Below are positions 49,089 to 59,470 of a stretch of DNA of 64,000 nt, piece after piece. The notes beneath the pieces were generated by a model. It was not told the DNA's origin. It did no database searches and saw only the letters and a program-made list of their open reading frames with translations. Source of the stretch: Salinispira sp. (lineage in GTDB: Bacteria; Spirochaetota; Spirochaetia; DSM-27196; Salinispiraceae); NCBI GenBank assembly GCA_965602015.1, contig OZ271918.1, positions 160,001 through 224,000 of the forward strand, in the 5' to 3' direction. The position numbers and the translations under genes were made by a program. Every line of letters starts with the position of its first letter. Position 1 is the first letter of the stretch.

Positions 49089-49634
49089 ATGAGTAGAATA
49101 TCCAACGCAGCAAGCATACTTCCCTATGGCGATATGATCCCCCGGATTCCCGAGGACGTTTTTGTTGCCGACGGGGCGAGAATAATCGGCGATGTTGAAA
49201 TCGGACCGCTTTCAAGCATCTGGTACAATACAGTGATACGGGGCGACGTTCATTTTATCAGATTAGGGGCGAGAACGAATATTCAGGACAACTCGATGCT
49301 TCATGTCACCCACGACACGGCGCCGCTGAATATCGGAGAAGGGGTTACCGTCGGCCACAGTGTTACCCTGCACGGATGCACCGTTGAGGATCACTGCCTT
49401 ATCGGAATCGGAGCTATAGTGCTGGATCACGCACGGGTTTCCTCAGAGTCCTTTGTTGCCGCAGGGGCGGTGGTCACCCCGGGGTTTACCGTTCCATCGG
49501 GTACGCTGGTTGCCGGAGTTCCTGCGAAGATCGTCAGAGATCTGCGTCCGGAAGAAGTTGCCGATTTACACGCCAGCGCAGAACGCTATGTAGCGTATGC
49601 CCAAAAAACCTGGGCCTCGCTAAAAAACAGCTAG
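49089..49634 (+). CDS. Gamma carbonic anhydrase family protein (YrdA-like)
   Basis: Hexapeptide repeats, IRGD, NIQDNSMLH, VGHSVTLHGC. Confidence 0.92.
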   Translation: MSRISNAASILPYGDMIPRIPEDVFVADGARIIGDVEIGPLSSIWYNTVIRGDVHFIRLGARTNIQDNSMLHVTHDTAPLNIGEGVTVGHSVTLHGCTVEDHCLIGIGAIVLDHARVSSESFVAAGAVVTPGFTVPSGTLVAGVPAKIVRDLRPEEVADLHASAERYVAYAQKTWASLKNS

Positions 49635-49753
49635 ACTTTTTTCAAACAACTAGACATAATAATTCCCGGGAGCTATACTGTTCTCCATACCGCAGATGAG
49701 GTGCCGGTGCTGTACCGGGGCCACTGTCGGGACGGAAGCCAGGACCAAATCAG

Positions 49754-50860
49754 ATGATTGACGCCACAGAACATATCGTCCGCAATGACAGTTCGCTGAC
49801 CATGACGGACCTGGGTGACGGCAGCATTGATTTGGTGGTCACTTCACCGCCCTATCCCATGATTCAGATGTGGGATGAACAGTTCGCCGGATTCGATAGC
49901 GATATCGACGAACTTGTTGAACGGAACCAAGGTTCGGAAGCATTTGAGCGAATGCACGCAGTGCTCGACTCAGTCTGGGAGGAATGCTTCCGTGTCCTGA
50001 TTCCCGGGGGAATCATCGCTATTAATGTTGGAGATGCGACGCGCAAACTGGGAGCGCATTTCCAGCTGTACCACAATCAAAGCAGAATCGTCCAAACCTT
50101 GCGCGGTTTGGGATTTCATATTCTGCCCCAAATTATCTGGCGCAAACCGACAAATGCGCCGAACAAGTTCATGGGGAGCGGCATGCTGCCCGGCGGCGCG
50201 TACGTAACCCTGGAGCACGAGCACATCATTCTCGCCCGAAAGGGAGGAAACCGACGGTTTTCAACCACCGGAGCAAAAGAGCTTCGCCGCCGTTCCGCCT
50301 TTTTCTGGGAGGAGCGAAATGCCTGGTTCTCCGACCTGTGGGAAATTCGCGGCGCCCGTCAGCACCTGAGCATTCCAAAATTTCGAAGCGACAAATTGTT
50401 CATGCGCACCAGATCGGCTGCCTTTCCCCTTGAAATTCCCCTCCGCCTGATTCAGATGTTCAGCATGCAGGGCGACAGGGTTCTCGATCCGTTTCTGGGA
50501 ACCGGTACAACCAGCCTTGCGGCCATCTCGGCGGCCCGATCCTCAGTCGGATACGAGGTGGATCCCCGGGTTCTGGCAAATATCGAAGAGGATTTTGTGG
50601 GATCCAGGGATTATCTGCTGGGACTTCAGTTTCAGCGTCTTCAGGAGCATCTGAGCTTTGTCCAGAAACGCCTGGCGGAAGGGAAGGAACTAAAACACCG
50701 AAATGAATACTACCGCTTTCCGGTTATGACCAGTCAGGAGCGCAAGCTTATTATTCCCATGGTTTCGGGCATCTCTCCCGCCGTGAAGCGTAATAATCGG
50801 AATGACGTGATTTTCCGGGCAGCCCATGAAGCCGCCCTCGATTCCATCATGACCGACTAG
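49754..50860 (+). CDS. DNA amino-methyltransferase (N4C/N6A, beta class), orphan
   Basis: Catalytic VTSPPY near the N-terminus, SAM-binding VLDPFLGTGTT later; no endonuclease adjacent. Confidence 0.88.
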   Translation: MIDATEHIVRNDSSLTMTDLGDGSIDLVVTSPPYPMIQMWDEQFAGFDSDIDELVERNQGSEAFERMHAVLDSVWEECFRVLIPGGIIAINVGDATRKLGAHFQLYHNQSRIVQTLRGLGFHILPQIIWRKPTNAPNKFMGSGMLPGGAYVTLEHEHIILARKGGNRRFSTTGAKELRRRSAFFWEERNAWFSDLWEIRGARQHLSIPKFRSDKLFMRTRSAAFPLEIPLRLIQMFSMQGDRVLDPFLGTGTTSLAAISAARSSVGYEVDPRVLANIEEDFVGSRDYLLGLQFQRLQEHLSFVQKRLAEGKELKHRNEYYRFPVMTSQERKLIIPMVSGISPAVKRNNRNDVIFRAAHEAALDSIMTD

Positions 50861-50874
50861 TCTATTCCATTCTA

Positions 50875-51024
50875 TAGTGCCCCCAAAACAGCTGATTTAA
50901 ACTCCCTAATTATTGCTCTTGCAAAAATGTACAAGCGAACCGACATATGAACGTCCCGCTCATTACACTATTTCTTTACATGATAGTATTTGCACCATCC
51001 CCATCAGCTGTTTTGGGGGCACTA
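50875..51024. mobile_element. MITE-like element, 150 bp, with 22 bp terminal inverted repeats (TA at both outer ends)
   Basis: TAGTGCCCCCAAAACAGCTGAT (50875-50896) and ATCAGCTGTTTTGGGGGCACTA (51003-51024) flank a 106 bp core, between convergent genes. Confidence 0.68.
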
Positions 51025-51107
51025 AGATTTCATTCGCATTTTTTTTGGCAATGCCGGCATTCTTAGAATATGTGCCAGCTTATCGAATCCAGGAAACGGC
51101 TTCCGAA

Positions 51108-52502
51108 CTATATCGTCTCGGGATCGAGCTTTTCGCTCCAGGGTCGGTAGATCATGAGAAGAAAGGCAACTCCTGCGGTTACCATGTTGGAGCTGATCAT
51201 TCCAATCCAAATTCCCTGGGGCCCGATCCCCACCACAACGCTGAGAATAAATGCCACGGGCACCCGAATTCCCCACAGCCTGAGAGCATTGAGCGCCGCC
51301 ACCGGTTTGGTATCGCCGCTGCCCTGAAAGGCTCCGTTGAAAACAGTGAACAGGGCGAAGAAGATAACCGAGGGGCTGACCAGGCGGAACAGCACTGCAC
51401 CCCATTCAATTACCTCGGGATCATTCACGAAAAATCTGGTGACCTGATTCCCCCAGAAAAAAGTGATGGTCATGCTCACGGTGATCATAATGAGTACCGC
51501 CGAGGCGGCCTGCCTGACGGCCAGGAAGGCTCTGCTGCGCTCGCCGGCCCCGAGTTTTTGCCCTACCAGCACTGCGGTGGCCTGGCTGAATCCCAGGGCA
51601 GGCATCATAAACAGGTTTATTATCCGGTTACCGACGCCGAAGGCCGCTATGACCGCTGTGCCGTAGCTGTTTACCACTCCCTGAAGTACCGTGAATCCCA
51701 GTGCGGAGGCGCTTTGACCAAGACTGGTGGGTAGGCCGATTTTGAAAATAAGGGCAAAAGCTTTCCGATCGGGTCTCATATTCTCCAGGCGCAGCCTGAG
51801 CCCGCTTCGACGGTTCAGCAGTACCACGGCCAAAGATATTACCGCATTTAAAACCCGGGCGGTGAAGGTTGCCCAGGCAGCGCCTTGAACTCCCATGGCC
51901 GGAAAGGGGCCAATACCAAAAATGAGCAGCCAGTCCAGGAGAATATTTAGGCCGACGGTGAACAGATTGATATAGAACGGGATATCGCTGCGGCCGATCC
52001 CCTGCTGCGCCGCCTGGAGGGCGAAACTCATGAACAGGAAGGGCATTGCGGCCAGGACAACCCGGAGATAACCGGTGGCAGATCCGAGAATTTCCGAGGG
52101 GACTGCCATCGTCCGAAAGATTACCGGCACAAGCAGTTGAAACAGCGGCATGAGAAAGAGACCGAGGATCACCATAATGGAAACCGTCTGCCCGAGGTAG
52201 AAATCAACAGCCTTGTTGTCTCCCTTTCCCAGGCTTTGGCTTATAAGGGTTCGGCCGGCCTGGCTGAAGCCACCGCTGAACAGCAGCAGCATAAACACAA
52301 TGCTGAAGCTGGTGCTGGGGCTGCTGACCTCTGCGGGCCCGAGCTGGCCCAGAAAATAGGTGTCGGTCAGATTGTACAAAGATTGAAGAAAATTGGTGAG
52401 CATGATGGGGCCGGCAATGACGAAGAGGCTGCGCAGCATGCCTTTCTGCTCATCCCTGGGGATACCCGGATCTTTGGCAAGAAAATTTGGTGTTTGCATC
52501 AA
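51108..52502 (-). CDS. MATE family efflux transporter
   Basis: LQSLYNLTDTYFLGQLG, NILLDWLLIFG, GVQGAAWAT, GSGDTK; 12 TMs. Confidence 0.92.
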   Translation of the reverse strand: MMQTPNFLAKDPGIPRDEQKGMLRSLFVIAGPIMLTNFLQSLYNLTDTYFLGQLGPAEVSSPSTSFSIVFMLLLFSGGFSQAGRTLISQSLGKGDNKAVDFYLGQTVSIMVILGLFLMPLFQLLVPVIFRTMAVPSEILGSATGYLRVVLAAMPFLFMSFALQAAQQGIGRSDIPFYINLFTVGLNILLDWLLIFGIGPFPAMGVQGAAWATFTARVLNAVISLAVVLLNRRSGLRLRLENMRPDRKAFALIFKIGLPTSLGQSASALGFTVLQGVVNSYGTAVIAAFGVGNRIINLFMMPALGFSQATAVLVGQKLGAGERSRAFLAVRQAASAVLIMITVSMTITFFWGNQVTRFFVNDPEVIEWGAVLFRLVSPSVIFFALFTVFNGAFQGSGDTKPVAALNALRLWGIRVPVAFILSVVVGIGPQGIWIGMISSNMVTAGVAFLLMIYRPWSEKLDPETI

Positions 52503-52588
52503 TTGGGTCCTTTTTTACATGGGGCAGGCTGTGCCCCTGCCCGGGTAATATAGCGAAAAAACCCGATTCCGGCAGGAAAACTTGACGT

Positions 52589-52610
52589 GTGCCCCCAAAA
52601 CAGCTGATGG
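52589..52610 (+). repeat. Solo arm of the dispersed repeat family
   Basis: GTGCCCCCAAAACAGCTGATGG. Confidence 0.8.
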
Positions 52611-52682
52611 CCCCTGCGCCCGTAAACCGCATTCCACCGTTCCCGTTTGCGCTCTTGTTTAAGCGGGTTTAGAATGAGAGAT

Positions 52683-53567
52683 ATGAAGGATACCCGGCCA
52701 TTACAATTTGCCGGCAGCTGGTATCCCGCCGATGCCGGAGACCTCGAGGCGCTATTCGCGGCATTCCCCCGGCAGCCCGATCCCGATCTTGTTGGGGGCG
52801 CGGTGCCCCATGCGGGACTGAGCTACTCCCGCAAGGGACAGTCCGCGCTTTTCTCCCGTCTTCCGGAGAACCAGTCAAATATTATTCTTCTTTCCCCGAG
52901 CCACTATCGGGCGATTAGCGGTTCCTCCTTTGTCGCCGGTCTTTACGGCGGCTATGAAACGGGTATACGCCGGGTGCGGGCTGCCGACGACGGGAAACAG
53001 TTTGAGGCACTGGGAATCGCAGTGGACCGGGGGGCGGCGGATGCGGAACACGCTGTGGAACTGACTCTGCCCGGGCTGGCGGCAGTTCTTCATGATTTCT
53101 CCCTGTGCGCCCTGCTCACTCCCCAACTTGAGGGGCACGGGCAGATCGAGGCGTTGGCGGATCAGCTGATAGACCTGGCAGGCAGACTCTTTCACGGAGA
53201 GAAATGGTTTCTCTTGGCCAGCAGCGATTTTACCCATTACGGGCCCCGATTCTCCCATCAGCCCTTTGGTCCCCTGAGTGATGATTCAGCCAGGCTTGAA
53301 ATACAAAAACGGGATCTTTATGTCGCCGCTGCGCTATGCGAGGGGCGATGGGAGTCGGCTCTGGAAACAATGAGCCAGGCCGGAGCGCCGACCATTTGCG
53401 GAATCGTCCCTCTGGCGGTTCAGTCTGCGGTGGCTTCCCGACTCGGATGGAAGGGAGAGATTTTATCCTACTATAGTTCCTCCCAGATGCGAGGCAGCTA
53501 TGACGGAAGCGCCGATTCCGTCGCATACGGAACTCTGGGGTATTGGTCAGAGGGAGGGGGAGGATGA
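52683..53567 (+). CDS. amrB: AmmeMemoRadiSam system protein B (MEMO1 family)
   Basis: AGSWYP, PHAGLSYS, SPSH, EHAVE, SSDFTHYG, TICG. Confidence 0.88.
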   Translation: MKDTRPLQFAGSWYPADAGDLEALFAAFPRQPDPDLVGGAVPHAGLSYSRKGQSALFSRLPENQSNIILLSPSHYRAISGSSFVAGLYGGYETGIRRVRAADDGKQFEALGIAVDRGAADAEHAVELTLPGLAAVLHDFSLCALLTPQLEGHGQIEALADQLIDLAGRLFHGEKWFLLASSDFTHYGPRFSHQPFGPLSDDSARLEIQKRDLYVAAALCEGRWESALETMSQAGAPTICGIVPLAVQSAVASRLGWKGEILSYYSSSQMRGSYDGSADSVAYGTLGYWSEGGGG

Positions 53568-54193
53568 AACCCGCCAACGAGGCATTGGATTCCCTGAGCT
53601 CGGAACAGCGTCGGACCCTTCTCTCGATAATGCGTGGGATTCTTGAAGACCATTACCGTTCAGATACTCCTCACTCGACCCGGACCCTGCAATCCGCCGG
53701 AGACTACAGCCGCATATCCGGATACCGGGAACTGCGCCATGTGCTGTCTGCTCAATGCGGGCTTTTTGTTACACTAAAACTCCCTCATCTGGGGGGGCAG
53801 CTGAGAGGCTGTATCGGACGGATGACTAGCACCCGGCCGTTGCGGGAAAGCCTGCCCGAGGTGGTGCTGGATGCCGCCTTGAAGGATCCCCGATTTCCTC
53901 CGCTTGGCGAGGATGAGCTGCCCGCAGTTCGCCTGGAGTTAAGTCTTCTCAGCCCGATGCGAGAGGTTGAAGGGGTAGATCATATAGTCATCGGCCGGCA
54001 TGGAATATATTTGCGCTGCGGCGGAGCCTCGGCGGTCTTCCTCCCTGAGGTTGCATTTCAGCAGGGTTGGAACCTTCAAACCACCCTGGGTCACCTGAGC
54101 CTCAAAGCCGGCCTGCCTTCCGAGGCCTGGAGACGGGACGATGCCCGCTTTTGGGTTTTTACCAGTGTACATTTTGCAGAAGGTGAGGAGTGA
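53564..54193 (+). CDS. amrA: AmmeMemoRadiSam system protein A (AMMECR1 family)
   Basis: GLFVTL, LRGCIG, AALKDPRFPP, ELSLLS, GRHG, FLPEVA, LKAGL. Confidence 0.92.
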   Translation: MKPANEALDSLSSEQRRTLLSIMRGILEDHYRSDTPHSTRTLQSAGDYSRISGYRELRHVLSAQCGLFVTLKLPHLGGQLRGCIGRMTSTRPLRESLPEVVLDAALKDPRFPPLGEDELPAVRLELSLLSPMREVEGVDHIVIGRHGIYLRCGGASAVFLPEVAFQQGWNLQTTLGHLSLKAGLPSEAWRRDDARFWVFTSVHFAEGEE

Positions 54194-55284
54194 GAGCCCC
54201 GCTGAATCCGCCCGGAGGGCCCCAGGACAGAGGGTCCCAGGCCGGAGGGCCCCAATCCGGAAGGCCCAAAGCCGTCGACCGGTCCGGCAAGCCCGGGACC
54301 ACGGCACACACGCCGTCGGGGGTGCGATGCGATTATTGCGCGTTCGCCTGCATCATACCTGACGGGCAGACCGGGCGCTGCGGGGTGCGGGAGAATGCCG
54401 GCGGAACGTTGCGCACCCGCCATGCAGGAAAATACGTGGGTCCGGCCCTCGATCCGGTGGAAAAAAAGCCGCTCTACCACTACCGTCCCGGAACTCAGAC
54501 CTTCTCGCTCGCCCGTTTCGGCTGTAACTTCAGATGCGATTTCTGTCAAAACTACCACCTGGTTGATGAGGTCTATCGCAGCGATGCCCATTATCGCCAT
54601 CGGTCTGAGGACGAGCTGATGTCCCTATGGAGGGAGTCGGGCAAGCCGACGGTTGCCTTCACCTATTCGGAGCCCGCAGTCTGGCAGGACAGTCTCCACC
54701 GGTTTTCAGCATTGGTGAGAGGAGAAGGCGGCCGGTGCATCGTGGTAAGCAACGGGTTTTACGGTAATCCGGCCCTGGATGCAATGATGGAGAGCGCCGA
54801 GGCCTTTAATATCGATTTAAAGGGCAGCGAGGATTTCTATAAGCGGTGGGTTTCCGGGCGTCAGGGGCCGGTAATGCACACTATTTCTGCCCTGGCGGGG
54901 TCGGACGATCATCATCTGGAGGTGACCAGCTTGTTAATCGAAGGCGAGCACAGTGCGGATGAGATTCTCCGCCTGGCGGATCAGCTTGCTGAGGCCGGGG
55001 TGAGGGTATGGCACCTGTCGTTGTTTCATCCGGCCTACCGCATGGACAACTATCAAGCTACCAAAGCTTCATTTGCGCTGGAGATTCTCGATGAAGTCCG
55101 CCGGCGTGAGCTGATTCCTCATCTGTACCTGGGTAATGCCCGCATTGATGAGTACAGCCATACAATGTGTCCCGCATGCGGCCTGACCCTGATACGCCGC
55201 AGCGGCCTGCGAGTACTGGATAATCATATTGATGCGGGCCGCTGCCCGAACTGCAAACACATTATCTATGGCAGTTTTTTGTGA
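54190..55284 (+). CDS. amrS: AmmeMemoRadiSam system radical SAM enzyme
   Basis: CDYCAFAC…GRCGVR, DPVEKKPLYH, GCNFRCDFCQN (CxxxCxxC), FTYSEP, FHPAY, C-terminal CxxC pairs. Confidence 0.9.
   Translation: MRAPLNPPGGPQDRGSQAGGPQSGRPKAVDRSGKPGTTAHTPSGVRCDYCAFACIIPDGQTGRCGVRENAGGTLRTRHAGKYVGPALDPVEKKPLYHYRPGTQTFSLARFGCNFRCDFCQNYHLVDEVYRSDAHYRHRSEDELMSLWRESGKPTVAFTYSEPAVWQDSLHRFSALVRGEGGRCIVVSNGFYGNPALDAMMESAEAFNIDLKGSEDFYKRWVSGRQGPVMHTISALAGSDDHHLEVTSLLIEGEHSADEILRLADQLAEAGVRVWHLSLFHPAYRMDNYQATKASFALEILDEVRRRELIPHLYLGNARIDEYSHTMCPACGLTLIRRSGLRVLDNHIDAGRCPNCKHIIYGSFL
54214..54273 (+). repeat. 4 x 15 bp imperfect tandem repeat in the radical SAM 5' end
   Basis: GGAGGGCCCCAGGAC AGAGGGTCCCAGGCC GGAGGGCCCCAATCC GGAAGGCCCAAAGCC. 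Confidence 0.8.
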
Positions 55285-55428
55285 TTGATCCCGGTGGATC
55301 ACAGTTTGTGCTGATTAATCTATCGATACTAAAGTATTTATAAAAAAATATCACAATTATGTTTGCCAGATCTCTCATGTGCCTCTATAGTGAAGAAAGC
55401 TGACTAAAACACATAGTTATTTTGCCCA

Positions 55429-55448
55429 AACTGAACGATTGTTCAGTT
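55429..55448. promoter_or_regulatory. Perfect 8-4-8 palindrome upstream of sdhA (operator or hairpin)
   Basis: AACTGAAC-GATT-GTTCAGTT followed by a T-tract. Confidence 0.5.
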
Positions 55449-55614
55449 AATTTTTTTTGGATGTGAACAGCTGATGCTGGTTTTTATCTGGCCCGCGGCA
55501 TAGACGGCGTTGACGGTTTTTTTGTGGGCATTACGCATTGTTTAGTCTTATTCTATTTATATAGAGGCAATACATGCGGCGCGTTTTTCCGCCGCACAAA
55601 CTGAGGAGCAGGTC

Positions 55615-57345
55615 TTGGTACATGAATTTGATGCAGTGATTGTTGGCGCCGGAGGAGCCGGGCTTTATGCGGCGCTGGAAGCCAGCAAGGGTTCGAAAAC
55701 CGCGGTAATTTCCAAACTTTACCCTTCAAGGAGTCACACCGGCGCAGCCCAGGGAGGCATCGGGGCGGCCCTGGGTAATTACGAAGAAGACAAGCCCGAA
55801 TGGCACGCCTTTGATACCGTGAAAGGCGGGGACTATCTTGTGGACCAGCAGGCAGCGATGATACTGGCTGAGGACGCCGTTCGCGCTGTCTATGATTTGG
55901 AGAACAAGGGCTTGCCGTTTTCCCGGACCCCCGACGGAAAAATCGGACAAAGAAGGTTCGGCGGTCACACCCGGAATTTCGGCGAGGCGGCGGTACGCCG
56001 TTCATGCTACGCCGCCGACCGAACGGGGCATATGATTCTCCAAACCCTGTATCAGCAGTGCATTAAAAATGACGTCTCCTTTTTTGATGAGTTTCAGGCC
56101 GTTGATCTTATCCTCGACGGAACCCGGGTGGCGGGAATCGTCGCCCTTGAACTAAAAACCGGTGAAGTACATATATTCCGCGCAAAAGCTGTGCTTTTTG
56201 CCACCGGCGGATTCGGGCGGATGTTTAAAACAACTTCCAATGCCCTGGCAAACACCGGTGACGGCCCTGCGCTGGTCGCCCGGGCGGGAATACCCCTCAT
56301 GGATATGGAGTTCTTCCAGTTCCATCCAACGGGCATATACAAAATGGGCATTCTGATCACCGAAGGGGTCCGGGGAGAAGGCGGCATACTTCGCAACTCC
56401 AAGGGCGAGCGCTTCATGGAGAAGTACGCGCCGACCCTGCTTGACTTGGCGCCGAGAGACATGGTGAGCCGGGCGATTATGACCGAAATCGCCGAAGGCC
56501 GGGGAATCCGGGGCGATAAGGCGATTGATGATTATGTCTATCTGGACGCGACTCACCTTGGACGGGAAGTCGTCGAGGAGCGTATTCCGGACATCGCCGA
56601 TTTCTGCCGGACATATCTGGATGTCGACCCCGCCGAGAAACCAATGCCTGTTCAACCGACGGCCCACTACGCCATGGGCGGTATTCCCACGAATGTCGAC
56701 GGAGTGGTGAATACCGGTGCGGTTACCTACCATGGACTGTATGCCGCCGGGGAAGCGGCCTGTGTCAGCGTTCACGGCGCAAACCGCCTGGGAACGAACT
56801 CCCTTGTCGATCTTGTTGTGTTTGGTCGCCGGGCGGGCCAGCATATCGCTCAGTACGTAAAAGAGGCGGATATGCCTGCCTGGCCCTCGGGAGCAGAGGA
56901 CGCGTTCAAGGAAAAACTGGCCAGATTAAAAGACGGAAAGAAGGGCGCCCATCCCGGCCCGATTTTCACGGAAATGCAGGAAAGCATGATGAAGAATGTC
57001 GGGGTGTACCGAACCCAGGGTGAAATGGAGCAGGCCGTCAAGGACGTGCAGAAGCTTCGCGATCGCTGTCATGAGTTGCGGGTGGAAGATCCTTCGGCGG
57101 AATTCAATTCCGATATTCTCGGCATTCTCGAGCTCGAGAATCTCCTGGACCTCAGTCTGGTGACCGCTGCCAGCTCGCTGAACCGAAAGGAAAGCCGGGG
57201 TGCCCACAGCCGGAAGGACTTTCCCGACCGGGATGACAAACAGTGGCTCAAGCATACCCTGGCGAATATCGACGGCAATGATGTGAAGATCGACTACAAG
57301 GAAGTGGACTGCAGTATCTGGGAACCCAAGCCCCGGAAATACTGA
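55615..57345 (+). CDS. sdhA: Succinate dehydrogenase/fumarate reductase flavoprotein
   Basis: [16 protein letters not shown] (covalent FAD His), [38 protein letters not shown]. Confidence 0.95.
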   Translation: MVHEFDAVIVGAGGAGLYAALEASKGSKTAVISKLYPSRSHTGAAQGGIGAALGNYEEDKPEWHAFDTVKGGDYLVDQQAAMILAEDAVRAVYDLENKGLPFSRTPDGKIGQRRFGGHTRNFGEAAVRRSCYAADRTGHMILQTLYQQCIKNDVSFFDEFQAVDLILDGTRVAGIVALELKTGEVHIFRAKAVLFATGGFGRMFKTTSNALANTGDGPALVARAGIPLMDMEFFQFHPTGIYKMGILITEGVRGEGGILRNSKGERFMEKYAPTLLDLAPRDMVSRAIMTEIAEGRGIRGDKAIDDYVYLDATHLGREVVEERIPDIADFCRTYLDVDPAEKPMPVQPTAHYAMGGIPTNVDGVVNTGAVTYHGLYAAGEAACVSVHGANRLGTNSLVDLVVFGRRAGQHIAQYVKEADMPAWPSGAEDAFKEKLARLKDGKKGAHPGPIFTEMQESMMKNVGVYRTQGEMEQAVKDVQKLRDRCHELRVEDPSAEFNSDILGILELENLLDLSLVTAASSLNRKESRGAHSRKDFPDRDDKQWLKHTLANIDGNDVKIDYKEVDCSIWEPKPRKY

Positions 57346-57373
57346 TGAAAATCCGATGCGGAGGAATGACCGA

Positions 57374-58168
57374 ATGAAAATAACCCTTGAGATACAGAGA
57401 ATGAACCCGGCAGAGGATGCGGCGCCGTTTTTTCAGAAATACGATGTGGAAGTGAAGCCCACTGATCGGGTGCTCGATGCAATCATCGATGTAAAGCGCA
57501 ATCAGGACGGCTCCCTGGCGTTTCGCCGGAGCTGCGCCCACGGAGTCTGCGGCTCCGACGCCATGCTTATCAACGGCAAGGAAACCCTGGCCTGCAAGAC
57601 CCTGGTGCAGGATGTGGCGGATGCTGATGGCGACGTGGTGCGCCTCGAGCCTCTGAAACATCAACCGGTCCAGCGGGACCTCATGGTTGATCAAACGGGT
57701 TTCTTTCAGAAATACCGGGCGGTAAAGCCGTTTTTCATCGCCGTCGAAGACGAGCTCAAGGCGGAAAAAGAGCAGGTTCAAAGTGTCGAGGAGCGCGAGC
57801 TGTTTGACGAACCGACCAAGTGTATACTCTGCTCGGCCTGTTACTCCGCCTGTCCGGTGCTCGATAAAAATCCCGACTTCATCGGACCGGCGGCAATTGT
57901 TCAGGCGGCCCGTTTTGTCAATGACAGCAGGGATCAGGGCCTGGAACCCCGCCTCGATATTCTGGATCAGCCCAACGGAGTATGGCCTTGCGAAAACAAT
58001 TTCCATTGTACAGAGGTCTGTCCCCGGGAAATCCCCATCACCAAGCTGATTAATCAGACCAAGCGGCAAATCAAAAAGTACCGTCAGGAACGCGGCGAAT
58101 CAATCAATGACGACGGTCAGGATGAGGCTCAAAAAGCAGCCCGGAAAGCCGCCAAGGAAAAATCTTAG
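57374..58168 (+). CDS. sdhB: Succinate dehydrogenase/fumarate reductase iron-sulfur subunit
   Basis: SCAHGVCGSD…LAC, CILCSACYSACP, CENNFHCTEVCP. Confidence 0.95.
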   Translation: MKITLEIQRMNPAEDAAPFFQKYDVEVKPTDRVLDAIIDVKRNQDGSLAFRRSCAHGVCGSDAMLINGKETLACKTLVQDVADADGDVVRLEPLKHQPVQRDLMVDQTGFFQKYRAVKPFFIAVEDELKAEKEQVQSVEERELFDEPTKCILCSACYSACPVLDKNPDFIGPAAIVQAARFVNDSRDQGLEPRLDILDQPNGVWPCENNFHCTEVCPREIPITKLINQTKRQIKKYRQERGESINDDGQDEAQKAARKAAKEKS

Positions 58169-58189
58169 GTAGTCAATCAAACCCCGCAA

Positions 58190-58218
58190 GCCGCGGACCT
58201 CAGGGTTCGCGGTTTTTT
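58190..58218 (+). terminator. Intrinsic terminator after sdhB
   Basis: GCCGCGGACC-TCAG-GGTTCGCGGT followed by a T-run. Confidence 0.72.
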
Positions 58219-58252
58219 CACGGGAACAATAAAGAAGGAAACGGAGTATTAG

Positions 58253-59383
58253 ATGAACATTCACGAGTATCAGGGAAAAGAATTGTTTCAGTCCTACGGT
58301 ATCGATGTGGGGCCCCAGTACCTGGCAACCACTGCCGCTGAAGCCAGGGCTGCCTACGAAAAATTGGGCGGAACCGTCGTGGTGAAGGCTCAGGTCTTGG
58401 TCGGGGGCCGGGGAAAGGCCGGCGGGGTAAAGGTCGCCAAAAGCGCCGATGAGGCCGAGCAGCGGGCTTCGGATATTCTGGGCCTGGATATAAAAGGGCT
58501 GACCGTTGAAAAGGTTCTCGTCGTTCCCGCTTCCGATATAAAGAAAGAGTTCTATATGGGGCTTACCATGGACCGGTTTAACAAATACCTGGTTCTCATG
58601 ATGAGCGCCGAAGGCGGAGTGGAAATTGAACAGCTCGCGGTGGACAAGCCTGAAGCCATCAAGAAGTTTCCCATCTACCCCGCCAAGGGTATCGACTGGG
58701 ACGCCCTCAAGCCCGTGCTCAAAGAGGTATTCGGGAGCGATGAGCATGTCGCGCAGGCTGCGGATCATGTCGAAAAGCTATTTAAAATATACATGGAAAA
58801 AGATTGCACCCTTGTGGAGATCAATCCCTTCGCTATCGTCGATGACGGAAAGCTGATGGCCCTGGATGCCAAGGTAAATTTCGACGATAACGGACTGTTC
58901 AAACATGCCGATGTGGAGGCCATGCGGAATCCCGAGGAAAACAGCCAGGACGAGCTGGACGCAAAGGAAGCGGGCTTGAGCTTCGTGAGCATGGATGGAA
59001 ATATCGGCTGCATCGTCAACGGCGCGGGCCTGGCCATGGCCACTATGGACATTATCAAACTCTTCGGTGGAGAGCCGGCGAACTTCCTCGATGTGGGCGG
59101 CAGCTCTAATCCGAACAAAATGGTGAGCGCGATTAAAATCATCCTCAATAATCCGAAGGTCGAGGCCATCCTCATTAATATCTTCGGCGGTATCACCCGC
59201 TGCGACGACATAGCCAACGGACTGCTGATGGCCATGGAACAGGTGAAGCTCGAAGTTCCCCTGGTAATTCGCCTTATCGGCACCAACGATGAAGAGGGGA
59301 GGGCGATTCTGGAGAAAGCGGGATTAAAGGCCTCAACCGACCTGAATGAAGCGGTTAAATCCGTGGTGGCGAGCATTAAGTAA
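58253..59383 (+). CDS. sucC: Succinyl-CoA synthetase beta subunit
   Basis: MNIHEYQGK, KAQVLVGGRGKAGG, EINP, GCIVNGAGLAMAT, NFLDVGG, NIFGGITRCD. Confidence 0.97.
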   Translation: MNIHEYQGKELFQSYGIDVGPQYLATTAAEARAAYEKLGGTVVVKAQVLVGGRGKAGGVKVAKSADEAEQRASDILGLDIKGLTVEKVLVVPASDIKKEFYMGLTMDRFNKYLVLMMSAEGGVEIEQLAVDKPEAIKKFPIYPAKGIDWDALKPVLKEVFGSDEHVAQAADHVEKLFKIYMEKDCTLVEINPFAIVDDGKLMALDAKVNFDDNGLFKHADVEAMRNPEENSQDELDAKEAGLSFVSMDGNIGCIVNGAGLAMATMDIIKLFGGEPANFLDVGGSSNPNKMVSAIKIILNNPKVEAILINIFGGITRCDDIANGLLMAMEQVKLEVPLVIRLIGTNDEEGRAILEKAGLKASTDLNEAVKSVVASIK

Positions 59384-59470
59384 ACCGCTGGCCCGCACAT
59401 CGCTGGCGGACCGGTCGGCTCCACGGAAAGCCTCCGCCGCCGCGAAGATCAAACTGTAAGGACGAATGCA

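Noticed and set aside
49664..49746. Resemblance to a cobalamin riboswitch (GCCACTG, AAGCCAGGA), SRP RNA or SMK box
   Set aside because: Only scattered words match; the core elements and spacing of each family are missing.
55466..55476. AACAGCTGATG, a partial repeat arm
   Set aside because: Lacks the GTGCCCC half; too short to support.
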